Source: a virus
Taxonomy: Duplodnaviria; Caudoviricetes
Length of the DNA stretch: 50,798 nt
Direction: 5' to 3' (one strand)
Virus record (IMG/VR): IMGVR_UViG_3300049227_000013
Location: 1-50,798 of that record
Part shown: in pieces, positions 25,734 to 34,707 of the stretch
How the letters are laid out: each line of letters begins with the position of its first letter
Position numbering within the stretch: the first letter of the stretch is position 1
Made by a program: the position numbers and the translations under genes
The notes under the pieces: model-generated
Told to the model about the DNA's origin: nothing
The model's database searches: none
What the model saw: the letters and a program-made list of their open reading frames with translations, nothing else

Positions 25734-27977
25734 CTACTTGGCCAACCGCGCCTTGAGCATCTTGATCTTGGCCAGCTTCTCCGCGAGCGACGACGGCGCC
25801 GGCACGAACGGCAGCACTTCCTTGGGCTCGTTCTCCTTCTCCCATTCCGCTTGTGACTTCACTGTGACATCGACGCCGACATCCCGCGGGATGCCCTCCA
25901 GGTGCTTCGTTGCGTTCTTCGGGAACTTCTTCTGAAACTTCCGCATATCGTCCTCCGTTTCTTGGACGCCTTCCTTCGCCCACGCGAGCGCCGGGTCCTC
26001 GTCCAGCTTGTCGATCAGACTCTTGGCCATCATCATCTGCAAGCTGCCCTCATCCTCCGAAGCAGCCGCCAACCCATCCGTGGAGAACTTGCCGTCGATC
26101 GCCTCTGCGGCCGAGAGCTTGCGGCCCATGAGCGCCATCGCCCTCGCTTGCATCGTACCCGCGTAGTAAAGGTAGATGACCCGGCAGTCCTTCTTCTGCC
26201 CGATCCTCCATGAGCGGCGACTCGCCTGCCTCAGCGTGAACAGGTTATATCCCGTCTCGTAAAAGATCAGCGTGCAGAAGTTGTGATTGCCGCCCTTGTC
26301 GAACAGGTCCAGGCCGGTCTCCACCAGCTTCGGATGCGACAACACGACGTCGAGGCCCTTGGCGTTCTTGTGAATCCATTCCTCGCGCTTGGCCACTTGG
26401 GTTGTGCCTTGCTTCAGAACGCCGACCTTGAAACCCTGGCGATCGAGCAGACTCCTGAGCCTCTCCAGAAGCCCGTGCTTCTCGGTCAGTTGCACGTAGA
26501 CCCAGCACTGGCGCCCCTTCTGCTTCTCCTCACGGATCAGGTCGATGAGCGCCTGCTCCTTCGGGTAGATAACCTCGGCCGACAGCTTCTCGGGGATATG
26601 CACCGTGATGAAGCATCCTTCCCCGGTGCGCTTGCCCTCGTAGTAACCTTGCGGCTCCCACGCGGCGTAGCACGTATCCTCGTAGTAAAGCAGGCTGTTG
26701 ACCATCGTTCCCAAGAGCGCCCGGTTATTGCGCCGGACCAACTCCCTGACGGCGGCCATCATGTCCTTCTCAAGCGCCTCATAAGCCGCCGCTTGGCATT
26801 CCTCCATCTCGATCGGCATCAGTTGCTCATCCGGCCTTGGAGGCAGGTTATCGCTCACCTGCTCCAACTCCAGGAAGATCGCCTTGTCGAGCAGATGATT
26901 GCCGAACAATCCCGGAAGGATGCCCGGCTCAATGTTGCGCGTCTTGCTGGTCGAGCCGCGGCTTTGCCTGTTCGCCGGCCCATCGTCGCCTTCCTTGATG
27001 CGGATTGTTGTCTTGATCCGCCCGTAGCGCTCGGCGAACTTCATCGCGTCGGACCACTCGAATCCCTCCGAGACAACCGACCGCGGCGACAGGCGAAAGA
27101 GCAGCGGGCGGATATGCTCGGAGTAGCCGCCCAAGAGCGTCCCTGTCATGGCGATCGTGCGCTTACTCGCCGCTGCCAAACTGCCGACGGCGTTCGCCTG
27201 GGCGCTAACCTGACTCTTCTCCTCATGGACCTCATCGACGATCAGATAATCGAAGAAGCCCTTGAGCTTCTTGTGGATGAACGTCGCTGGCGCCCACTTC
27301 CTGAGATCCGCCGTATAGGTCCAGAGCGAGCTGCCGCAATGCCGGCAGTACATCGGCCGCTTCTCCAGCACTTCCAGCGCCAGCAGCATTCCGTCCTCAT
27401 CCGTGACGGCTTTGCCGCAGCAACAGCACGTCATGACGTTGCGGACAACGCGCGTCCCATCCTCCTGCTTGACGCGCTTGCGTGCATGGACGTAAGCCGG
27501 CCGCCACTTGGCCCCGAGCTTGCCCGTGTCGCGCGAGATGACGAACCATTCAGCGCCCGTGGGCTTGTGCCGCTTCTTATCCTGAAGCGCAACGGCGTCG
27601 GTCCAGTGCTCGATGGGAGTCACCGTGACGTTGGGCAGCGTCTCGTTGATCTCCCGGGCCCACTTCTTGACGATCTGGCCGGGACAGAACACAAGCGCCC
27701 GATACGGTTTCCCGTCGGCGTGGGCGTGCACCGTCCCGATGCCCATGAGGCTCTTGCCCGTCCCCATCTCGCAGATGAGGAACGCCGTCTTGTTGCGTTT
27801 GAGCAGCTTGGCCGCCGCCGTAATGACGTGGCCTTGCGCCGTGAACGGCTTGCGCAGCAACTCCTTGACGCGCGGGTGCGGCTCGCCCACTCCATCGTGG
27901 AGAGGCTTGAGCCGCTCGCGGCATTGCTGCGCGAGATGGCCTCCGTAGGCCGTCAGGTATTCATCCAACCCATTCAA
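25734..27977 (-). CDS. SNF2/DEAH-like SF2 helicase
   Basis: CEMGTGKS, IVDEVH, MTGT, ETGLDL, QASRRSWRIGQ; zinc-ribbon insert; TTG start. Confidence 0.88.
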   Translation of the reverse strand: MNGLDEYLTAYGGHLAQQCRERLKPLHDGVGEPHPRVKELLRKPFTAQGHVITAAAKLLKRNKTAFLICEMGTGKSLMGIGTVHAHADGKPYRALVFCPGQIVKKWAREINETLPNVTVTPIEHWTDAVALQDKKRHKPTGAEWFVISRDTGKLGAKWRPAYVHARKRVKQEDGTRVVRNVMTCCCCGKAVTDEDGMLLALEVLEKRPMYCRHCGSSLWTYTADLRKWAPATFIHKKLKGFFDYLIVDEVHEEKSQVSAQANAVGSLAAASKRTIAMTGTLLGGYSEHIRPLLFRLSPRSVVSEGFEWSDAMKFAERYGRIKTTIRIKEGDDGPANRQSRGSTSKTRNIEPGILPGLFGNHLLDKAIFLELEQVSDNLPPRPDEQLMPIEMEECQAAAYEALEKDMMAAVRELVRRNNRALLGTMVNSLLYYEDTCYAAWEPQGYYEGKRTGEGCFITVHIPEKLSAEVIYPKEQALIDLIREEKQKGRQCWVYVQLTEKHGLLERLRSLLDRQGFKVGVLKQGTTQVAKREEWIHKNAKGLDVVLSHPKLVETGLDLFDKGGNHNFCTLIFYETGYNLFTLRQASRRSWRIGQKKDCRVIYLYYAGTMQARAMALMGRKLSAAEAIDGKFSTDGLAAASEDEGSLQMMMAKSLIDKLDEDPALAWAKEGVQETEDDMRKFQKKFPKNATKHLEGIPRDVGVDVTVKSQAEWEKENEPKEVLPFVPAPSSLAEKLAKIKMLKARLAK

Positions 27978-27993
27978 GAGCAATCCTCCATTC

Positions 27994-28512
27994 TCAGGCG
28001 ATCTTGAGACGTCCTTCGCGTACTCCGTTCGTCACAATGCGGTCCAGGTCGGCCGCCTCGGCGGTGAGATAGGCGCTCTCGCAACCGGCGCCGTCCAGTT
28101 CGACCAGCAATCCTTCCTCGATCAGCGCATCCCGCACCGGCTCGATCCATGCCTTCAGGAGCGGCGTTGTGTACGTTTCGCTCCAGAGCGCTTGCCCGAT
28201 CGCTTCCTTGCCGGCCACTAACAGCCGCGGGTCTTTCGAGATCCAAACGAAGTGCCAGATGCCAGGACAGAGCAGGTGCTTGTAGCACTTGTAGCCGCAC
28301 CCGTCCCGCTCCAGGCGGCTCTTGCCTTCGTCGTCGTCGTTGAACCATTCCAGCTGGACCTTGGCATCGCTGACCAGCAGCGCCGCGAGCCCGCGCAGCG
28401 TTTGCTGCGGGCCCGAGCACGACAGGACCATGATGCGCCGGTCCTTGCACGCGGCGATCTTGTCGCAGTCGATGCGGGCGTGCGTTTCCTTCGTGGCATA
28501 ACGGATGAACAT
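27994..28512 (-). CDS. hypothetical protein associated with the methyltransferase/helicase module
   Basis: TTPLLKAW...LIEEGLL, lies between the methyltransferase and helicase. Confidence 0.65.
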   Translation of the reverse strand: MFIRYATKETHARIDCDKIAACKDRRIMVLSCSGPQQTLRGLAALLVSDAKVQLEWFNDDDEGKSRLERDGCGYKCYKHLLCPGIWHFVWISKDPRLLVAGKEAIGQALWSETYTTPLLKAWIEPVRDALIEEGLLVELDGAGCESAYLTAEAADLDRIVTNGVREGRLKIA

Positions 28513-28845
28513 TTACTTGCCCTCCACCTTGGCGGCGACGGCGCGGGCTACCTTCCATGCCGGCGCTTCCCAACCGCCCATGTGATCAGCCCAAGCGAGC
28601 AGATCGTTGAGCGCGTTCGCCAAGTCGGTTATCTTCTGGTTGGACCAAGCCCGCGCATACGGGTTGTCCTCTTCGTGGAGGTAGCAAAACGCGCCGCAGT
28701 CGGGGCAGTCGCCCGCCGGTACTTCGCTGCCGGCGTCGAGGCGCTCCCATAGGTCCTCGCCGTCCTCCATGCTGCAACGCATCTCATCCTCGCGGCCCTT
28801 CCATTCGCAGTTGCCGCACTCGACGCGGCGAATCTCGTCGGGCAT
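28513..28845 (-). CDS. zinc-finger protein
   Basis: CGNC...VPAGDCPDCGA; GGAGG RBS. Confidence 0.65.
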   Translation of the reverse strand: MPDEIRRVECGNCEWKGREDEMRCSMEDGEDLWERLDAGSEVPAGDCPDCGAFCYLHEEDNPYARAWSNQKITDLANALNDLLAWADHMGGWEAPAWKVARAVAAKVEGK

Positions 28846-28846
28846 C

Positions 28847-29839
28847 TCACCCTCCTTCCAGCGTTTGAATGTCCCCGCTTGCGTCGATCGTCCTGACCAC
28901 CAGGACAACCCGCTCGCGCTTCACAATCGTTTGCGTGACCGCGCCTGTTTTCTCGTTCTCCTCGGCCTTGTTCTCCGAGACGTACTCCTCTTTGCGCGAG
29001 CTTCCCCGTACGACATGCGGCGGCTCGCTGGGCACGAGCCCGTTAAGCTGCCCTGACGCCAGGAGCAAGGCGAGATGCCCCTTTCCCAGCGGCAACGGCG
29101 GTCGACCGGCGCCCTGCTCTTTCGGCACGCGGAACACGCGCGACAACGGCGACTTGGCCAGCAACCGCTCCAGCTCTTGCGGTGTTGGTCCCGACTTCTT
29201 GAACGTCGCCGGTCCCGGCGCTTTGGGGATCTTCCAATAGCCCGCGGGAATGTCGGCCAGGTCTCGCTCGGGCGGCGCGCCGTATTCGTCCGTGGCATCC
29301 GCGCGGCGCTTGCCCACGACAAGCATCTCGTCGTACTCTCTCGGCTCGGGCAGCGGCATCCGTACCGCGTCCTCATAGTGCTGATGGAAGTAGCGCAGGA
29401 CGTCGTAACCCATCGCCCGCTCGGGCATGAGGAACGCCATCACACCGCCCTTGACCAGAATTTGCGTCGCCCGAGCCAGGAAAGAAAACTCCACGCGCTT
29501 GCCGCCGCCGATCTCGTCCTGAAACGGCGGATTGACCCAGGCCAAGCCGATGCTGTTGGGCGAGACGTGCGAGGAGAGAAACGAACACGGCGCCAGTCGA
29601 TTGCCCTCTGGCAGCATCTCGGCAAGCGCCTGCGCCCGGTTCTCCGCCAGCTCGATCACGTACGTCCGCTTCTGCGGAATGCCCAGCATCTCGCCCAGGA
29701 ACTTCACGGCCGCACCCTGCCCGGCGCACGGGTCGAGCAGCGCGGTGTCACCTTCAACAGAAAACGCCCGCGCGAGCTGCGCGAGCGCTTCGTTGCGAAT
29801 GGGATAGAATCCCATCTTCGCCTCAGCTACATATCGCAT
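28847..29839 (-). CDS. DUF6094-type N6-adenine-like methyltransferase
   Basis: AKMGFYP, LLDPCAGQG motif I, NPPF motif IV, C-terminal PPLPLGKGHLALLLASG. Confidence 0.8.
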   Translation of the reverse strand: MRYVAEAKMGFYPIRNEALAQLARAFSVEGDTALLDPCAGQGAAVKFLGEMLGIPQKRTYVIELAENRAQALAEMLPEGNRLAPCSFLSSHVSPNSIGLAWVNPPFQDEIGGGKRVEFSFLARATQILVKGGVMAFLMPERAMGYDVLRYFHQHYEDAVRMPLPEPREYDEMLVVGKRRADATDEYGAPPERDLADIPAGYWKIPKAPGPATFKKSGPTPQELERLLAKSPLSRVFRVPKEQGAGRPPLPLGKGHLALLLASGQLNGLVPSEPPHVVRGSSRKEEYVSENKAEENEKTGAVTQTIVKRERVVLVVRTIDASGDIQTLEGG

Positions 29840-29908
29840 GGTCCCTCCACAAGAGAAACGTGGAGCGTTACGCACGCTCCCAGCATGGGCGAGGGCGATT
29901 GCGTGGCG

Positions 29909-30268
29909 TTAGACCGCGACGGCGGCCGGCTCGGGCGCCGGTTCGCACTTGTTGCGGCCCATCACTTCAAGAAATAGATCGTAAGCTGGGCCACTCTTGT
30001 TCTCGATCTCGCGCTTCACGCCCTCCAACAGAACCGGCAGGCGCTTGCGGTTCAATCGCGGCATCGGTTCGAGCATGACGTGTGAGCGCCCGAAGTCGAT
30101 GCGACGCTTCTCCCAACCGTCCGAGACTGTGACCGGGCCGACGTAGAGCCAAGCGAACTTGCGCTCCTTGTAGTGGCTCACGGACAGCTCGATGTGCGTT
30201 GGGTTGCAATCGTCGATCTTGGCATCCGGCAGCATCACGACCGGAATACGAAATGCGTTGTCCCTCAT
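29909..30268 (-). CDS. hypothetical protein
   Basis: 119 aa, GGGGATTGCTC leader. Confidence 0.65.
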   Translation of the reverse strand: MRDNAFRIPVVMLPDAKIDDCNPTHIELSVSHYKERKFAWLYVGPVTVSDGWEKRRIDFGRSHVMLEPMPRLNRKRLPVLLEGVKREIENKSGPAYDLFLEVMGRNKCEPAPEPAAVAV

Positions 30269-30345
30269 GAGCAATCCCCTTTCCAGTAAAGAAACCGTGG
30301 AGCATTACGAATGCTCCGACCGTGGGCGATGGGCGAGCAAACGAT

Positions 30346-30564
30346 CTACGGGCAGCAACCGCAGCACGGCGCATCCTCGCACCGACCGCGGCGCTTGGGC
30401 TCATCGCTCATGAGCCGTTCCTCGCCTTCGACGAACTTGCGGATTGCGTCGAGGTTATCCAGGATCAGCTTCGCCTTGGCCACTCCGAACGTGAACGGGA
30501 AGCGGCTATCGGGGTTCAGGCTGATCGTTGCGTTGCCCTTGTAGCTGCCGATCTTGTGGGCCAT
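30346..30564 (-). CDS. small early protein with C-terminal CEDAPCCGCC motif
   Basis: YKGNATISL...FPFTFGVAKAKLIL followed by a Cys cluster. Confidence 0.65.
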   Translation of the reverse strand: MAHKIGSYKGNATISLNPDSRFPFTFGVAKAKLILDNLDAIRKFVEGEERLMSDEPKRRGRCEDAPCCGCCP

Positions 30565-30601
30565 GCGTTCAATCCCCTTTGTGCGGGCGAAAGGTTAGTG
30601 G

Positions 30602-30907
30602 TTAGCTTCGGTCGAGCCCATCGTGACAACAGCCGACTTGGCCGCACTCGCCGCAATAGTCCTCGCGGGCGATGGGCACAAGATCCTCTGGCTCAACGGA
30701 GTGCTTGCGATCATCTCCCACCATTACGGCGAGGACGTTGCCCGTGCGCAGCTCGTAGCCGCTCCATTCCGTATCCTCGTCTGGCTCCGTTTCCCACCCG
30801 AGAACAGTCCAAGCAATTGCGGGCCAGCCCTTCACGCGGTATGCGTCGGCCGGAAATGCCGCGTCATCGCGCTCGTACTTGGCGCGCCGCGAAACAACAA
30901 ACGCCAT
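30602..30907 (-). CDS. small early protein with CxxCGQxGC motif
   Basis: AVMVGDDRKH...YCGECGQVGCCHD. Confidence 0.65.
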   Translation of the reverse strand: MAFVVSRRAKYERDDAAFPADAYRVKGWPAIAWTVLGWETEPDEDTEWSGYELRTGNVLAVMVGDDRKHSVEPEDLVPIAREDYCGECGQVGCCHDGLDRS

Positions 30908-30967
30908 GAGCAACCCTCCAGAAACAAAGGAAGCCCGCGCGGCCACAACCGCGCGGGCTAGGTCGAA

Positions 30968-31414
30968 TTACGCCACGTCGCAAACCAGCGACTTGTAACG
31001 TCGCGCCTTCTCACGCACCGTTACGATCTTGCACTTGGCCTTCCTTGGCAGTTTCGTCTGATAGCGGATGACAATGCTCGGATAGTCCACCGGCCGCAGC
31101 GCGATCTTAATGAGTCGCTTCTTGCAGTCGGCCAGGTCCTTGCCGGCGAGCTTCAAGCGCCCGAGCGCCCGATAGACGCGCGGCAGATCGCGCTGCTCCA
31201 CTTCCAGATGAAACCCGTCGTTGTTCCAGTTCGTGAACGTCGGCACCTCAAAGCCCGCGGCGTCGAGAAGCGCCGCCGCCTGGTACGTTTGGTCGATGCT
31301 TTGGAGACGTTCCGCGTTGCTCGCCAGCACTTCCCGCAAGCGCTGCGCGTGCCACTGCGCTTGCTGCTCGTAGGCTTGCGAAATCGTCAAGCCCCTGAAC
31401 GGTTCTTGATTCAT
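30968..31414 (-). CDS. hypothetical protein
   Basis: start MNQEPF after AGAGGATTG. Confidence 0.6.
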   Translation of the reverse strand: MNQEPFRGLTISQAYEQQAQWHAQRLREVLASNAERLQSIDQTYQAAALLDAAGFEVPTFTNWNNDGFHLEVEQRDLPRVYRALGRLKLAGKDLADCKKRLIKIALRPVDYPSIVIRYQTKLPRKAKCKIVTVREKARRYKSLVCDVA

Positions 31415-31448
31415 TGGGTCAATCCTCTTTCGGGCGATGCCAGGGAAA

Positions 31449-31613
31449 CTAAGCCGCGCTGCGCTTGCGGGCCAAAATACGCTCCAACCGCCACTGCACG
31501 CGCTCCATTCGTGCCAGCGTTGCCAAGCCAGCAAACCGGCCCGACAAGCCAACAAACAGCCGCACGCGCTCCATGCGCTTCCTCAGCCGCTTCAATTTGC
31601 GCTGCACCGTCAT
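31449..31613 (-). CDS. basic 54-aa protein
   Basis: MTVQRKLKRLRKRMERV... after GGAGGATTG; below the ORF-track cutoff. Confidence 0.5.
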   Translation of the reverse strand: MTVQRKLKRLRKRMERVRLFVGLSGRFAGLATLARMERVQWRLERILARKRSAA

Positions 31614-31810
31614 GGGTCAATCCTCCGCGCGCCGTCTTTGCGGCGCTAATCAATTCCCTGCCCGGTTCACTGACCGCAAACCGTGGAAAGCAGAGAGGCA
31701 AGCAACGCGCTACCGTTGCTTGCCCCTGCGCTTGCCGCAAACGAAACAAGGCACGTACGGGATTGATTCCCGTACGCGCCTGAAATAAAGCGCCGCGTTT
31801 TTTTTTGGCC

Positions 31811-32569
31811 TTACGCTGCTTCGGCGCCCGGTCGGCCCGTGGACGCCGTTAGTCCCTCTAGGTGGGTCTCAACTGCCTCTGATATGACTTCGCACGCTCT
31901 AGGGGATTCCTGGAGCAGGACGGCAAGCCAACCAAGCACTTCTGACCTATCGGCTGGCTGTTGCTTGTCGGTTCCCTCTATGGCATCAAAAAATGCCTTT
32001 GCCGCGGCGCGTGCGGCATTCTTCTTAGGCGGTGTTCGGCCGATGATACCCGAAACGATTTCCCGTATCTCGGTGCGAGTGACGGTCTCAAGGCCAGCAT
32101 CAGTCAGAGCGGACTGGACTGCCTTAATTGACCTTTGGCCTTCCTTGCTCAAGTAGTTACTTCGTTCCCAATGCCAAGCGGCAAGCATGGTGAGCTCGCG
32201 TGCCTTCGCCTCACTCTTGAGCCCCTGAACCCAGGGAGCAGACTTCTCAAGCGCGAATATCTTCAGAGCTCGATTGATTTCAACCGCCTGGAACCCAGTG
32301 GACTGGAATTGCGATTCCAAGAACGCGACGCAACGCTTCCTCAATCCGGTTTGCTTTGCCTTCACCTTGCGCAGGCGCCGTACGGTACTTCCCTTGGTTC
32401 CTTGGTTCTCCGCAATCCACCAGCAAGCAACGCGGTCAAAGCCGGCGCCGGCTTGAATCCATGCGTCCAGGGTGTCTTGAATCGTCGCACAGACTTCCCG
32501 CGTTTCCTGGACGCATTGTGCAATCTCGGAAGGCAATCCGAGACCGCTGGCATCACGCAACGTACTCAT
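31811..32569 (-). CDS. hypothetical protein, first gene of the early-like operon
   Basis: 252 aa from MSTLRDAS after AGAGGATTG. Confidence 0.65.
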   Translation of the reverse strand: MSTLRDASGLGLPSEIAQCVQETREVCATIQDTLDAWIQAGAGFDRVACWWIAENQGTKGSTVRRLRKVKAKQTGLRKRCVAFLESQFQSTGFQAVEINRALKIFALEKSAPWVQGLKSEAKARELTMLAAWHWERSNYLSKEGQRSIKAVQSALTDAGLETVTRTEIREIVSGIIGRTPPKKNAARAAAKAFFDAIEGTDKQQPADRSEVLGWLAVLLQESPRACEVISEAVETHLEGLTASTGRPGAEAA

Positions 32570-33469
32570 GGAACAATCCTCTTGAGCGAAGGTAAGGCAG
32601 TCGGCGAGACGTTCGCCGATTCCACCATTGACTAGAATCGGCACAGAACGCAACGGAGTGATAGGCGCGGAGAGCAAACAGAAGAGGAAAGCAGAGAGCA
32701 AACGCAAGAGCGGAAAGCGCTTGCAACTACTTTGCATCGATGCGGATTTACTGACTGGACACTTAGGGCAACGTGACAAGTGAGCGCTTATGCGTTCACC
32801 CCGCAAGAGCGTAAGTGGAGGGGAAGCAAGAGGATAGGGACGGGATTAGAGTAGGGGAATATGCTACGATCAAACGCATCAGCGTACGCTTATGCTTTCG
32901 CTTGCCTACAGCGTACACGGCGTAAGTGCATGGTAGTACGCCACTTACGCACCGACCCGTCCCCGGTGGCCCCCCAAGCCGGCCCGACCCCGGTGACGTC
33001 CATATCCCCAATTTTCTCCCCCTTTTTCAACCGTCCCCTTCCCCCGATTCCCAGCCCTTCCCGGCACTTACGCCGACGCCGACCGGGGCCCTTGACCGTC
33101 TCGGTACGCGGCATCGGGAGCCAAGAGAAATCCGTTTTGTGTCCTCGGCGGCCTCGGAGCGGTCGTAGAGCCGGACAGGGCCAAGGGCGGTCTGTTTGGC
33201 CATCATTTCGCCTAAGCGGTTAGGTGGGTTCCTGGCTGTAAGCGTCGTAAGTCCTTGTGGCATAAGGAAGTCTCTGGTTTGCCGGTACCCAAAGCGGCCC
33301 ATAATAGTCTACCTGTCAGGGACAGTATGCGCGGCGCTGCGCAAACGGGACAAGGGCGGGAGGAGATTATTGTCCTAAGTCGTTACGGTGTAAGGGTTGG
33401 CTTGGTGGAAAGGGGGTCAAAAGGGGGTGTTTTGGTCAAAATACCGCAAAGGGTGTGCCAAATGGGGTT

Positions 33470-33808
33470 TTACTCGAAAAGGGGGAGTTCGAGCTCGGCT
33501 CGGGCTTGGTAATAGAGGACGCGGCGGTCGATTTCGGCTTGGACAATAGGGGGTCGTTGGCGGACGGTGATGCGTTCGTCGATGGCTCGGGGGAGGCCGG
33601 GGACGGCGGAGTAGACGTTGTGGTAGGCGTAGCGTTTGAAGCATTTGAGGCAGCGGTTGGCGAGGAACGTCGTCTCTTTGCGGCAGGCGATGCAGGTTCC
33701 TTGGCGGATCATGGGCTGGTCCTCGTTGACCGGGAGAGTAGAATGGTGTTGTCCCACTGGGGGCAATCCTCTAGGGCCGGCGTCTGGGCAACGCCGGCCC
33801 ATTTTCAT
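33470..33808 (-). CDS. zinc-finger hypothetical protein
   Basis: CIAC...CLKC; ends ARAELELPLFE. Confidence 0.5.
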   Translation of the reverse strand: MKMGRRCPDAGPRGLPPVGQHHSTLPVNEDQPMIRQGTCIACRKETTFLANRCLKCFKRYAYHNVYSAVPGLPRAIDERITVRQRPPIVQAEIDRRVLYYQARAELELPLFE

Positions 33809-33963
33809 TTCTTGGCCTTGAACCTTCTTCGGGAAGTACGGGGTTTGGGACCGTTGAAGAGAAAGCGGACCCATTCGGGTGGCGCGATCTCGGCTTGGCG
33901 GGAGCGGCTGAGGATTTGCATGGCTCGTTCGCGTTTGCGGGCGAGGAGGACGGTGTTGGTCAC
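33805..33963 (-). CDS. basic 52-aa protein (EWVRF..GP family)
   Basis: GTG start after GGAG; similar to 44109-44246. Confidence 0.55.
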   Translation of the reverse strand: MTNTVLLARKRERAMQILSRSRQAEIAPPEWVRFLFNGPKPRTSRRRFKAKK

Positions 33964-34250
33964 GGGCGTCTCCCGGATTGGGTGAGGAGGCAGTGGACGG
34001 CCTGGCGGAACATCTCTTCGATGGCTCCGCGCATGAAAGCGACGTTGTGGGAATAGGGCGAGTCCTTGACGGCGCCGGTGTGCACGAGCGGCTCGTCGAA
34101 GCCGTGGAGGTCGAGTTCGAAGTCGAAGATCCAGGCCTTCTCCTTGGCGGAGTGGAAGCAAGCGACCTGGGCATCGGCATCGGGGAAGTGTTCCTGGAGG
34201 CGGCGCCACATGCTCTCGGCGACCTTTTTGTTGTCGAAGGCGGCTTTCAT
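33960..34250 (-). CDS. hypothetical protein
   Basis: MKAAFDNKK start with ATGA overlap. Confidence 0.6.
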   Translation of the reverse strand: MKAAFDNKKVAESMWRRLQEHFPDADAQVACFHSAKEKAWIFDFELDLHGFDEPLVHTGAVKDSPYSHNVAFMRGAIEEMFRQAVHCLLTQSGRRP

Positions 34251-34603
34251 ACGGGCTTTCGAAAGAGCAAAAACAGCATCGGCGTCTGGTCCTTGAGTTG
34301 GCCGGGGATGCACTGGACGAACTCCCAGCCTTCCTTGGACTGTTGGGCGCAGTAGGTGGGGAGGTCGTCGATCTTGTCCGCGAACATCATGTCCATCATG
34401 AAGGTGTGGGGGCATTGGTTGAAAAGGATGGAAAAGAGGCGATCGTGTTCTTGCCGCAGTCGATAGACGGCTTCCATGGCCGGCGACGGACGGACGTTCT
34501 CTCCCCACTTCTGGCCGGTTTCGGCGATCGTTAGGCAGGCGGCGTGCATCCACGCTTCATCGTCGCGCTGTGATCGCAATTCTGTCTCAATCGCGTTGCT
34601 CAT
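34247..34603 (-). CDS. hypothetical protein
   Basis: AAAGGAG RBS; SKEGWEFVQ motif (DUF4177-like). Confidence 0.6.
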   Translation of the reverse strand: MSNAIETELRSQRDDEAWMHAACLTIAETGQKWGENVRPSPAMEAVYRLRQEHDRLFSILFNQCPHTFMMDMMFADKIDDLPTYCAQQSKEGWEFVQCIPGQLKDQTPMLFLLFRKPV

Positions 34604-34707
34604 TGCGTTATCTCCTTTGGCCTCATCCTACCCGCGTTGTTTGCCTTGACAAAAGGAATAACGCAAGTTCGCACTAAGGTCCGACGAGACACTTAGGCGA
34701 ACTGACA

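Noticed and set aside
30580-30606. Additional cassette site (GTTAG motifs) in the early region
   Set aside because: No TWC left arm at the required spacing.
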